Source of the DNA: Diplonema japonicum
Lineage: Eukaryota; Protista; Euglenozoa: Diplonemea
Length of the DNA: 64,000 bases
Reading direction: 5' to 3'
NCBI GenBank assembly: GCA_964019335.1
Contig: OZ025704.1
Coordinates: 372,001 to 436,000, forward strand
This document shows positions 44,407-55,233 of the stretch, one piece after another. Every line of letters begins with the position of its first letter. The stretch's first letter is position 1. Made by a program: the position numbers and the translations under genes. The notes below the pieces were generated by a model. That model did no database searches. It was not told the DNA's origin and saw nothing but the letters and a program-made list of their open reading frames with translations.

Positions 44407-45751
44407 ATGTCGCTTGTTGAAGGAACAGCCTCGCCGCCCATGGAGGAGACACCTACACTTATCCTGACAGAGGAGCCAACGGAGGAAGAAAACCCGGAGA
44501 AGGAGAAAAAAGAGAAGTACGAGCAGCTCGTAAAGAGGGTGGCAGTGCTGGAAGACGAGATCAAAAAAGCCGGCGAGGAGCTGGAGGCAAGGGAGAAGCA
44601 GCACGTGCAAGAGGTCGCAAAGCACGACAAGATAAAGGCGAACATCATCGAGACGTCGAAAGGGAAGGTTGAGCAACAGCAGCAGGAGATCAAATGCCTA
44701 GAGGAGTCCATCGACGAGGTGGCGAGCGAACTCCTTCTATATGAGGAGAGGCTCTCGTACGACGCAAGCAAAGTCCATGTCGCACGGGCAGAAGCAGAAG
44801 CTGAGAAGGAGAAAATCGCCTCGCAAAACCTCAAAGCCGAATCAGAATCCCGCAACACAAGGAGCACCCTAGCCGACAAGACACACACACTCCTCAAGGC
44901 CCACGCGAAGACCATGACACAGCTCTACAACGACGTCTTCAAAGCGAGCTCACGGGTCGCAGCAAATAGGAACGATGCTGCTGCCGAACAAGAGGAACGC
45001 AGCAAGCAGCATATCGCAAGCATCGAAGAGTACAAGGAACAGATAAACAGCCTTGAAAAAGACATCACGGAGTGCCATGCTGAAAAGAAAACGCTCGCAA
45101 GGGCTAGAAACGAAATGGCAAAGGAAAAACACATAGCCGAGACACAGGTAGCAAACGCCAGGACAGCCCTGTGCACAATGGAAGAGGCAATGCATAGTGA
45201 GCTCCTCAAGCTGCATAGAGAGAACACTGCTCTTGTCGCGGAGCTGCGCACCCTGCAGAGCGCCAACGAAGCCAAGTCCAGGCAGAGGGGCCTCGACACA
45301 AAGCAAGAAAAGGAGAATAATCTCAAACTGGAGATGAAGCAGCAGGAGGCCGTCCTATACGCCAAGAGGTCCGAGGTGGTCGCATCACGGGAGAGCCGCG
45401 TGGCTAAGGCAGTGGCCCTGACGCTCAAGGCAAGAGAGGAGATCGTAGATCTTGCTGATAAAACACTGGAGCTAGAGAGAGTCATGTACAATAAAATCGC
45501 GAAGGCGATGCAGAGCAGGAACGATGGGTATGGCAAACGATAAAAAAAAAAAGAGGGGGAAAAAAAAGGAAAAAAAACAGGCTCCAGAAGCTGCAGCAGT
45601 CTAAACAAATTGAGAGTGAGAAAGCGGGCCAGCTGGAGATCCTCAAGGCCAAGCGCATTCTCGAAGCCGACAGCTCTCAGGTATGTCAAGTAATGCCACC
45701 CAAAAAAAAAAGAAAAAAAAAAAATAGGAAAAGAAGAAAGCGAGAAGGTAA
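44407..45751 (+). CDS. Coiled-coil protein; introns 45528-45580 and 45681-45727
   Basis: 378-codon coiled-coil ORF. Two purine-rich GT-AG introns extend the frame to TAA 45749-45751. Confidence 0.7.
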
Positions 45752-45982
45752 GAAAAAAAAGAAAAGGTTACATGAAAAAAGAAGGAAAAAACCACCTTTT
45801 TTGTTTAGATTTTTCCTCTTCTTTTCCCCTTCCGGTTTTTTTGGTTGGGGGAGGGGGGTCTTTTTTTATCTTAGATTTATTTTCTTTTCCTTTTTTTTTT
45901 CCCCTTTTTTTTTAAATTCTTGAAAGATAAATTTCCCTTTTTTTACGACTCGTTCTCAACCTAACGTGACAGGACAAACACG

Positions 45983-47903
45983 ATGAGCGAGCAGAAGGAG
46001 TCAATGTCACCCGAGATGGACAGCGAACAACTTGAGGACGAGCTGGTGGCCGTTACAAAAAGAGTGGCAGAGCTGGAGAAGGAGAAGGCGGAGAAACTAG
46101 AAAAGGTAAAAACAAGACTGGCAGAGCTCGCAGAGGAAGAAGCAATGACGAACAACGTAATCTCACACCTAGTGACAGAGTACAAAGACAACTTCGCGGA
46201 TCTAGTACACAAACGAAAGGACCTCTGGGACCAGGTTGAAAAGGTGAAAAAGAATGTAGAGACGAAGAAGAACGAAGTCGAGAGCATCACCAAGACGCTT
46301 GAGAAGGTGAAGGCCGACTCCGACAAGGCTATCATCAGCATGGAAGCGAACGCAGATGACTCACAGCGACGCTTCGAGAACCTCGAAGAATCCTACGCCA
46401 CCTGCCTCGAGCAGGCAAAGGCAGACACCAAGGCAACAGAGTCTGCCATGAGGTCCCTTGCCTCCGACTACAAAAGCTCCCTTTCAACTGGAAGCCCTTC
46501 AAAAACCAGCCCGGAGTCAAAGAAAGCAGAGGCCAACCCAGAACAGAAGGCGTACAAAACTGTCGTCACAGAGCTTACAAACCTGCTGAAGGGGAGCAGA
46601 GAGGATGTGAAGTCGATGAAGGCGAAGGACGACGACGAAAGAACGCTTGCAAGGTTGAAGAAGGAGCTGGAGAACATCAAGCAGACGACCACCATCCTCG
46701 AAGACTTCCTGAGGGAGAAGCGGGAGGCAACGAAGCAGAGCAACGGAGAGCTGCAGTACGCGATCGCAAAGGCCAACAGCACGAGCGGCAGCCAGGCACT
46801 GGACACGACAGAGATTGAACTGGACGCTAGTATCGCACTGATGGAAACGAAGCTGGCAAATATGCGGTCGGCAATTGAAGAAGTATGCCTTGCACCAGAT
46901 GGGGTTGCTTCCATCGGAACAGAGGTTGCAAAGCAGCAACGTATGTCACCATTCACAAGCAACGCAGCACAGAGGCGGAAGAAGAGGCTGCCAAGCACCG
47001 TGCCTTGTACAACGCGAAGTCCGACTCTTTTGAGAAGGAGCTCACCGACCTGAAGAATGAAACATCTGAAGCGTATGTTAGCATCTGAACGTCAGCCTTT
47101 TGCAGGAAGACAGCTTTGACCGCATCGCGTGCGGCGATCAAGCAGATGGAAGCCTGTTTGAATGGTATGCGTTATCCTTTTGGTATCACCGCATTGTAGA
47201 TGACGGATCTGACTCCGACACAGACAGCAGTAGCAGCAGCAACAGTAGCGAGGCCAAGCCCAAGAAGGCTGCGAAGAAATCAGCTAAAAAGGCAGCTAAG
47301 AAGCCAGGGAATAAGGTTGCGAAGAGAAAGCGTGACGAAAGCACCGATGACGACGACGAGGCTACGGTGGAGAAACCCAAACTCAAGCCAAAGCCAAAAC
47401 CAAAAGCCAAAGGAAAGGGAAAGGATCGCGCCGCAACCGACAGCAGTGACGACAGTGACGACTCACAGGACGACAGCGAACCTCCCGCAAAGAAACCTAA
47501 AGGCAGGCAAACCAAGGCAAAGAAGCCCGAGAAAAAAACACTGGCCAAAACTAAACAACACGACGAGGAGGACGAAGAAGACTCGAAGAAGGGACGGGCA
47601 AGTACCAAGTCCACCAAGAAAGAAACCGATACGAAAAAAGGAAGAAAGTCCACCAAAGCCGAAGACGCCGAAGAAACCCCGAAGAAGGGAAGGCCAAGCA
47701 CTAGGTCAACCAAATCAAAGAAAGAGGAAGAGGAAGATGAAAAGCCTAAAAAGGGCAAACAGTCCAAGAAAAAAGAGGAAGAGAAGAAAAAAACAGCCAA
47801 GAAACCTGCAACGAAGGTGAGCAAGAAGCGTCAAATCTCCGAATCTGAGTCCGAAAGCGAAGTGTCTGAAACACCGAAAAAGGTGAAAAAGGGAAAGAAG
47901 TAG
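45983..47903 (+). CDS. Coiled-coil protein with a K/D/S-rich histone-H1-like tail; introns about 46941-46972 (boundaries ambiguous), 47073-47105, 47165-47199
   Basis: Consecutive ORF pieces joined by GTATG...AG introns. Tail contains PKKAAKKSAKKAAKK and KKGR(A/K/P)ST repeats; TAG at 47903. Confidence 0.65.
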
Positions 47904-48018
47904 AAACTTTAGATTTTTTTTTTTTTTTTTCCGTTAGAGCCTTACCCCAGTTTAGACTCCCCCTTTATTGAAAACCGAATAAAAAACAAACAATGCAATT
48001 CCATAAGATACACATAAC

Positions 48019-48768
48019 ATGCTGCATGCGAGGCGCTTCCGAGGAAGGAAATGGTACACCAGACGTAAGATATATGAACTATGTGTGGAGGATGTGAAAC
48101 CAGAGATGTTTGGGATGTTTATGGAGCAGACCGCCAACTTCATGCACATGCGCGTGAAGCACTGTGACCTCATGGGGTACTGGACTGTGGACATAGGAGA
48201 CAACAACCAAGTTGTGCACCTATGGGAGTACAACAACCTACTGCACAGGGAGCAGGTCAAGGAGGAGCTCGACAACGACAAAGCATGGCAGCAAAGCTAC
48301 ATCGCCATCACCAGACCAATGGTGCTGCGACAACGAAGCAGCTTGCTTCTGTGGGGACCCGACGTAGAGGGAATCAACACGAATATGTTGCCTCTAACAA
48401 AGCTCGAACCGCAGAAATGCGTGGGGTCGACTCCTAAAGGCTACTACAGGTTGGTAGAGGCCTCGCTTCCCCGCCTCCGTTCGGTGCGCAACGACTACGT
48501 GAAGAACGTAGTGCACAATGCGGTCGACATCTGTGCCCAAGAGGGCAAGACAGTCGAGCTTTACGGCATTTGGTTCTCCGCCTTCGCCGGGCGCTACAAC
48601 AACTGCTTCAGTCTTTGGAAGGCCGACTCCCCAGACGACCTCCTCTTCGGCGGCGTGCCTTCCCTCAGCAACAAGTGGGTCCTCGATGAAGACCCCCATT
48701 CGCTGCCATCACACGGCAAGCTCCTGCATCCCTGCTCATTCTCAAGGTTCTACGCTGCTTGGTCATGA
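48019..48768 (+). CDS. NIPSNAP-family mitochondrial protein
   Basis: Arg-rich presequence; KIYEL...VKPE; LMGYWTVDIGDNNQVVHLWEY....REQVKEEL..DKAW; second degenerate repeat LYGIWFS...SLWK. Confidence 0.88.
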   Translation: MLHARRFRGRKWYTRRKIYELCVEDVKPEMFGMFMEQTANFMHMRVKHCDLMGYWTVDIGDNNQVVHLWEYNNLLHREQVKEELDNDKAWQQSYIAITRPMVLRQRSSLLLWGPDVEGINTNMLPLTKLEPQKCVGSTPKGYYRLVEASLPRLRSVRNDYVKNVVHNAVDICAQEGKTVELYGIWFSAFAGRYNNCFSLWKADSPDDLLFGGVPSLSNKWVLDEDPHSLPSHGKLLHPCSFSRFYAAWS

Positions 48769-48853
48769 TGTTGAAAAAGCACCTCTTTTTGTTTCTCTTT
48801 TGATCTGTCTTTCCTCCAAAGAAAAAACCACTCACAGGGCAGGGCAGGGTGCC

Positions 48854-50215
48854 ATGCTCCGCTCATCGACGAGCGCTTCGTATTTAAGCGACGAGCATGA
48901 GTTCACAACTATCGAGAAGGTGTGCCAGATCCTGCGGACGTCGCATCTGCAAAGGGGCAACATCACGTGCCGGACGCTGCGGGACAGGAGCAGCCTTGCG
49001 AGCGTGACAGGCAACATGCACGTGATGGTGCGGGTGCTGTCCTTCTTGGAAGGGTACGACATCATGAAGACATTTAGGGTGTCGAAGAAGTGGCTGGTGT
49101 ACCAGTACTGCAACGTGTTGTGGAAGCTGGTGTACGTGTGCCAGTCGCCTTTGAAGTACTCGACACGGATGCAGGAGGTGGGCCATCTGCTGGTGTCGCC
49201 TCTTGACGGGAGCGGCTTCGACGTGCATGAGCTGGAGGAGCGTGAGAGGTACTTTGATCTGTTTGTGGTGTTGAGCGTGTGTGGGTTTTACCGCGTCTTG
49301 CGGAACAGCGAGCGGGCGACAGTGTGGCCTGCCACAGTAGCAGACGCAACGGCAAGCTTCGCGTGCTGCGTTGGGCATGAAATCGCCACATCGTTGAAAG
49401 GCATCTATGGCTCCTTTTCGGAGGCGTTGCCCGCGGTGTGGTCACGTCTCTTCTACTCCCCCGTCCCACGGGAAAGTGTGAACCAGCACAGCGTCACTGG
49501 CCCGCTGTGCAGCGAAAAGTCCTGCTGCACTGTGCACTACAGGGGCCCTTTGCTCGCTGCGCTCTTCACCGGGGTCTCGGACTATCTTGGGTTCAAAAAC
49601 AGATTCACCGTATCGGTGAACGGGTGCTGCATGACCCTTGCATGGGAGGAGGTCATCCCTGAACCAATGCGGGAAAGGGAACAGCAGAAGTTCGTCATGA
49701 GACCTAATGTCATGTTCTTTACAAAAAGTGTGAACTTGTTGAGCATACTGGTGGAGCAGAACGGGGCGGGAACGGTGGATCTGGGGGTGTTCGTGAAGGG
49801 TATGCTGAGCGGGGGGGACTGCGGGCTGCGGAGGACACCAGCAGAGATGAAGAGGGTATCATGTAGACACTGCAAAGAGGAGGTGTCTTCTTACGATTAT
49901 GCTTCTCAACACAGTAACGGTAGGTGCTTGAGGGCACACACAGAGTCCTCGTCCTTGCCCCGCACTTCGTCATTCGACTCGATGAGTTTCCTGACCAGCA
50001 ACAACTCCACCCCCATCACGCCTGCTGTGCCCACTCCGCGTGCCATGATGTCTGTAGAACAAGCTTCCATGTCTATATCTTCAGCCGCCCCGCCCCTCCC
50101 CCTCCCCCTGGCTGCTTCGTCGGCTTACATTAACCACACACAACAAGAGCTCGAAACGCAGCTTCGAGAGCGCCGCCTTCGTTTCTTTGCATCGCTCCTG
50201 CCGTCGGTTTCATAG
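48854..50215 (+). CDS. F-box-like protein with a C-terminal CxxC...H...C zinc motif
   Basis: VMVRVLSFLEGYDIMKTFRVSKKW....CNVLWK is an F-box signature; CRHC...QHSNGRC. First suitable ATG is at 48854. Confidence 0.7.
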   Translation: MLRSSTSASYLSDEHEFTTIEKVCQILRTSHLQRGNITCRTLRDRSSLASVTGNMHVMVRVLSFLEGYDIMKTFRVSKKWLVYQYCNVLWKLVYVCQSPLKYSTRMQEVGHLLVSPLDGSGFDVHELEERERYFDLFVVLSVCGFYRVLRNSERATVWPATVADATASFACCVGHEIATSLKGIYGSFSEALPAVWSRLFYSPVPRESVNQHSVTGPLCSEKSCCTVHYRGPLLAALFTGVSDYLGFKNRFTVSVNGCCMTLAWEEVIPEPMREREQQKFVMRPNVMFFTKSVNLLSILVEQNGAGTVDLGVFVKGMLSGGDCGLRRTPAEMKRVSCRHCKEEVSSYDYASQHSNGRCLRAHTESSSLPRTSSFDSMSFLTSNNSTPITPAVPTPRAMMSVEQASMSISSAAPPLPLPLAASSAYINHTQQELETQLRERRLRFFASLLPSVS

Positions 50216-50400
50216 AAGTCTTTTTTTGTTTTGTTTTTGTTTTGCAATGCGAAGGTTTTTTTCTTTTTTTTTGTTTAATTAAAACGCTGCATTTATTGTT
50301 TTTCCCATCAAGTTCCCCTTTTTCCTCTCTGTTGGGATGCTGTTATTTATCTATATTTGGGGATGAACTCTAAATTGCTCCGGTCTTTTTTTCATCATGG

Positions 50401-50445
<45 letters not shown>

Positions 50446-51085
50446 GAGTAAGAATCCCCTAAAGCAGCATCCGGACTTTTGCTTGACCGGGTTTCAGAGA
50501 AGGTTGCGGTGACCTTTTTTTTTTTTTTTTTTAAATTTCTCGGGTAGGATTTTTAGCTACAACGGCACAGTTAAAGAAATTAAAAAAAGGAAGAAAAAAT
50601 AAAAAAAAGCGAGAAAAAGGAGGACCCAGTCTTCTTTCTCCTCTCTATCCCTTCCCCCCCCCCTTTTTTTTCCCCAATAAAGTATGAGATACATAAGAAT
50701 TTTTAAAAAAGAAAAAGAATTTGTGGAAGTTAGAAAGAACGACATTTTTTTTTTTTTTTTAGAAACTTTACCTCCTTTCAAAAAGAGAAAAACAGAAAAA
50801 GGTTTAATGTACCCACTGACAAGGCTAGTGTCATGTGTGGTGGGTAGCTCCCCATCGGAAGATTCACTGTTCTCTGTTTAGTGAGATAATAATTGACAAA
50901 TCCAGTCCGTGGTGTAATGCCTTAGAATAAAGAGTTTTTTTTTCCCCTCCTAACCCCTGCTGCTCCGCAACTCTTCTTCAACGGACCCCTGTTTTTTTTT
51001 TTTTCTTTCTTTTTTTTTTTTTTCTCCTTTTTTTTCCCTAATTTCTTTTAAGTTTCTTTTTCCACCATTCCGTGATCTAGTTATT

Positions 51086-51116
<31 letters not shown>

Positions 51117-51183
51117 GTATCATATCATGTGACAAAATAGTAATACCGTACACATTCTTCCCTATGTTTTTTTTTTAGGTGGT

Positions 51184-51450
51184 GGGGATAACATAAAAAT
51201 ATAACAAGTACATCAGATGTGTTGTTCGCTGTTGACCTCCTCGTCGGTCATCACCGGTAGCGCCCGAGTGGAAGAACGTAACGCAGATGCTCAGGGTGAC
51301 GAACAGGCAGCAAACTGCACGAGCGCAGAATCTTGGTTACCCGGGACGCCCCGGCTAGGGTTGAGCACACCGCACGCATTAAGGACACGACGCGGAACGC
51401 AGAAGAAGCTACTGCTCGGCCGAGGAGCGCCCCCTGTAATCAAGTAGGTA
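51184..51450 (+). repeat. Dispersed repeat family A, longest copy (others at about 9268-9370, 61530-61700, 61838-61880, 62787-62820)
   Basis: Shared blocks GGGGATAACAT, AAGTACATCAGATGTG, CTGTTGACCTC, AACTGCACGAGCGCAGAATC, GCTCRGCCGAGG, CACCAACACTGG. Confidence 0.75.
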
Positions 51451-52390
51451 GTTCGTGCTTCATTGCACGCTTAACGCCACCTAGTGTTGCAATCAAAGCC
51501 CCATTTTTTTTTTTTTTTTTTTTTTTTTTTGCAACAACGAGTCTTTGACTTGTCTAAACAAAAGGGGAACGTTGGCAACGTTTTTCGGGGTCGACAAACT
51601 TCTCCAGGTTTTACCAGGCACGTGCAAACAACCAGTTCCTCTTTTTCGGGTTTTTTAATGTCATAGGTAGAGCGATCTAGGGGGGGTGGAAGTCGTTGAT
51701 GCACCCCCCTATTCTCTCCTATTTTTTTCTTTTTAAAAGAACAGCGAAGAAAAAAGAAGAAAAAAAAAAAAGAAAAGAAAGAAGAATAAGAATTTTTTTT
51801 TTTTTGCTGTCTGTTTTCCTTTCATCATTTTTTTTATCTCTTTCCTTCTTTTTTTTTACAATTACAATAACCCCCCCCCCCCCTATTTTTGCTACCTAAC
51901 ATTTGACGTCTAGGTAAATTCTTATTTATATGACGGGTAAGCAGTTTTTTATCTACCCCCCCCCCCCACCCCTTTCGATTCTTCTGTTTAGTTATCTTTT
52001 CGTTGGGCATCGTGTATGGACATATTCTTTGTCAAAATTTCCTTTTTTTTTTCTTTTTGTTCCTGATTTTTTTCTAAATACGCAATAAACACCCTCTGAG
52101 GCCTTGCCTCTTGAACATCTGCTTGGGGGCTGGGTATTATTATTTTTTTTTTTCGCGCAAAAGAAATAAAGAAAGGCTTTTTTTCGGTACAAATTAGCTG
52201 AAGTATGAAGAAAAAAAAAAAGAGAGAAAAAAAAAAGAAAAAAAAAAGAGTCCTTTTTTTTTAATTCCCCCCTTTCAATTTTCTTTTTTTTTTCTTCTGC
52301 AAGCTAATGGGAAAAAAAAAAAAAAAAAAAAAAAAGAATAGAAAGAACGCACCACCTTTTTCTATCAGTGTTACGTCCGTAAGCTGATGA

Positions 52391-52403
52391 AACAAAACAA
52401 AAA

Positions 52404-52436
<33 letters not shown>

Positions 52437-52457
52437 ACAAAACAAAACAAAACAAAA
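52391..52457. repeat. (AAAAC)n microsatellite
   Basis: About 9-11 tandem AAAAC units. Confidence 0.85.
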
Positions 52458-52562
52458 AAGCAAAAAAAGAGAATGACCCCCGGGTACTTTTGTTAAACCA
52501 CCCAATTCTTTTTTGTAGTACCAGATGAACACACCAACACAGGTATTAAAAAAAAAAAAAAA

Positions 52563-54803
52563 ATGACGGAGTTTACATCAATGCTGGTGTCCCCTGAGAA
52601 AGTGCTGAACGAGGGTGTGAACGCAGCTACGGTGGCGCAGGAATGGGTGAGCGAACACATGCTGAAAAAACAAGGCGACAAAGAGGCCGAGGCGAAGATG
52701 AACAGGCAGGTCGCTGAACGGTTGGCTCTGGAGCTACGGACTAAATGTGAGACTGTTGAAGGGTTGAAGGGCAGAATACGGGTTTTAGAAAAGCAACTGC
52801 AGAGCGAAGCTACTGTCGCTGCCGAAGTCCATCCTTTGAAGAACAAGGTGCTAGGTTTCGAGCATGCCAACGTAGAGCTCCACAGCAGCATGATGGAGAA
52901 GGACGCTGCCATCAATGAGCGCGACGCACGCATCTCTGAAAACCAGGACCGCCTCCTTGATGCCGAGGCTGAGAACACCACCCTCCGTAAAGCAATCTCT
53001 GTCCAAGAGCAGCAGCTCGAGGAACGTGAAGCCACCATCTCAAAGCAAAAGGAATCCTACCAGCACCTCCTCGGCATCTCCCGGAAGGTCGCCACCCAGA
53101 ACCAAGTCCTCAACACGGAAGCAGAACGGCTTGGGAGCATCGTCCCAACCCTCCAAAGAGAATGTGAACACCTCAAAGAGCAGGCGAAGGTTAACGACAG
53201 CCTTCGGCAAGAAGCTGACAGGCTGACCAGCCTTGCACAGATGGTACCGCGTCTCACAGAGGAGCTCGGCACTGCGCGAGAGTCAGCACAACAAGTGCAA
53301 ACACTTGAAGAAGAGCGGCAGCTTCTGATCCAAGCATGCCAGCAGATGTCTGACGAGATACCGAAGCTCAACAAGCAGATCGAAGAGCTGCACAAGGAAA
53401 ACGCCTCGCTGCCCCTTCTTCGGGAGGAAACCACACGGCTCGAGAACATCATTCAGAGCCTCGAGAGCGAGCTCGTGAAGAACAAAATGCTTGAGCAGGA
53501 GGTCGACAGGCTGCACGCTGCATTGCAGGACGCCGCACTCATCAAAAAGGAGTTCGAGAAAGTAAGCAAAGACCTACAGAGGATCCCTGCGCTCGAGGCC
53601 GAGCTGCGCTCTGCGATGAGCCTAGCAGAGGAGGTACCAGGACTTGTGTCCCTCAGGGATCACCTCAGCAGAGCTGTTGATGAGAAGGAAGCGGAACTGA
53701 AGCAGTACAGAACTGCAACGGGTACAGAGCTAGAAACGATGAAGAAGGAGATTGACTCTATGAGGAAGGAGAACGTGCAGACGAAGATGAAGATGAGGGA
53801 GCTGGAGGGTGAGAACGAGCAGAAGGACATGCTTGCTGGACATCAACTGAAGACCATTGCAGAACCGCTTGCTGCTGAGGCGAAGTCGCTGAAGCAGCTG
53901 GTGACGAATCTGGAACAACAGCTGCAACAGCAAGGACACAGTCACAAAGAGGAGATGAGCAGGTTGCTGGCTACACTTGAAATCGAGAAGGCGTCTGTCA
54001 GAAAACAGGTGGACGACAGAGAGAAGCATGCGCTGACGGAAATAAAGGAGAAGGACGCCATCATCACACAGCTGCGAATGGAGTTGAGCGAGCCCACCGT
54101 GGCGGTGACGGAACAGGACACAAGCGATGTTGAGATGCTCAGGCACGAGCTGGAAGAAGAGAAAAAGACGGTTGAAACACAGAAAACGGCAGCGAGCACG
54201 CACAAGCAGGCTGCTGAGGAGAAGGATGATGAGATAGCAAAGCTCCAAACGGAACTGAAAGAGAAGCAGCAGGAAAATGAAGACTTGTGCACGAAGTTGA
54301 AGCTGACGATGAAGGGGATGGATAGCCTGCAGAGCAACGAGCGGGAAAAGGAGCTGGAAAAGGAGGTCAAGCGGCAAGAAGCGCTCATCAAGAGTCTGAG
54401 TGCTGTGAAGGAGGTACCCACGGTGCCGCACTCCTCGCCCAGCAGGAACGTGTCGCCTTGCTATCCTGTGAAGGTGAGGAGTGTTTCTCAGCAGCCTGTG
54501 CAACCACCCAAGCCGCCACAGGTAGTGCCCAATTCAAGGAGCATCTCCCCTACAAGGATCCGGTCCATGTCACCCCCTGCTACCGAGTCGCCCAAGGTAG
54601 CCCCGCCTAGGTACTCCCCCTCCGCCATCGCCCCCCACCCGGCAGAGATCCAGGTCCTCCGCACTCACCTCAACTCCGCCAACCCCGACGTCCCCCTCGC
54701 CGCTGCCGAGGCAGACGCCCTGGGGTACCACGGCACCTCATACTGGTCCGAAAACAACTGCAGACGAGCTAAGGTCTGGATGGCAATGCCCCCTACGCTG
54801 TGA
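52563..54803 (+). CDS. Coiled-coil protein with a Pro/Ser-rich C-terminus
   Basis: 746-codon ORF of heptads, followed by RSISP/RSMSP-type motifs and a short globular tail. Confidence 0.8.
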   Translation: MTEFTSMLVSPEKVLNEGVNAATVAQEWVSEHMLKKQGDKEAEAKMNRQVAERLALELRTKCETVEGLKGRIRVLEKQLQSEATVAAEVHPLKNKVLGFEHANVELHSSMMEKDAAINERDARISENQDRLLDAEAENTTLRKAISVQEQQLEEREATISKQKESYQHLLGISRKVATQNQVLNTEAERLGSIVPTLQRECEHLKEQAKVNDSLRQEADRLTSLAQMVPRLTEELGTARESAQQVQTLEEERQLLIQACQQMSDEIPKLNKQIEELHKENASLPLLREETTRLENIIQSLESELVKNKMLEQEVDRLHAALQDAALIKKEFEKVSKDLQRIPALEAELRSAMSLAEEVPGLVSLRDHLSRAVDEKEAELKQYRTATGTELETMKKEIDSMRKENVQTKMKMRELEGENEQKDMLAGHQLKTIAEPLAAEAKSLKQLVTNLEQQLQQQGHSHKEEMSRLLATLEIEKASVRKQVDDREKHALTEIKEKDAIITQLRMELSEPTVAVTEQDTSDVEMLRHELEEEKKTVETQKTAASTHKQAAEEKDDEIAKLQTELKEKQQENEDLCTKLKLTMKGMDSLQSNEREKELEKEVKRQEALIKSLSAVKEVPTVPHSSPSRNVSPCYPVKVRSVSQQPVQPPKPPQVVPNSRSISPTRIRSMSPPATESPKVAPPRYSPSAIAPHPAEIQVLRTHLNSANPDVPLAAAEADALGYHGTSYWSENNCRRAKVWMAMPPTL

Positions 54804-55233
54804 ACGGTTTTGTGTTGCTCGGTCGGGGTGCGTAAAGACGCCGAATACTATTAAAGAATTGTTTTTTTTTTTTTTTTTGTTCCCTAAGGGGTGGTCCTCA
54901 AGTGGGATTTGCCCTTCAACATCGCCCTTGTTTTGTACTTATAAAAAGTGCGCCTCAAAAACGGGGCCACTTTTTTCCTTTTTTTTTTTGTTGTATCTTT
55001 TCTTCTTCGTTTTTCTATTTTCTTTTATATTTTTTTTCCTCGTCCGTCTCCCCACTAAAACAACACAACAGGTAGATGGCAACTATACTTCTCGTACGCC
55101 GACAAGGGGGGGGAAACGTGGACTGCGCCTGAAACAATTTGCTAGTGGGTTGTTAACACTCCCCTCCCTCCCTATCCCCACAGTCTTTTTTTTTCTTATA
55201 CTGCACTTTAACCCGTACAGGCTTCCAAGGGGG

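Noticed and set aside
46883-46898. 16-nt micro-intron GTATGCCTTGCACCAG
   Set aside because: Far below the 32-76 nt range of the other introns and not needed to restore the frame.
6780-47199. Frameshifts, pseudogenes or stop-codon reassignment as an explanation for the split ORFs
   Set aside because: Each break is resolved by a short GT-AG intron that restores the frame and, where the family is known, the conserved motifs; TAA, TAG and TGA all serve as stops.
51360-51440. STPHALRTRRG in repeat A as a tyrosine-recombinase HxLR motif
   Set aside because: Four-residue resemblance only, not preserved in the other copies.
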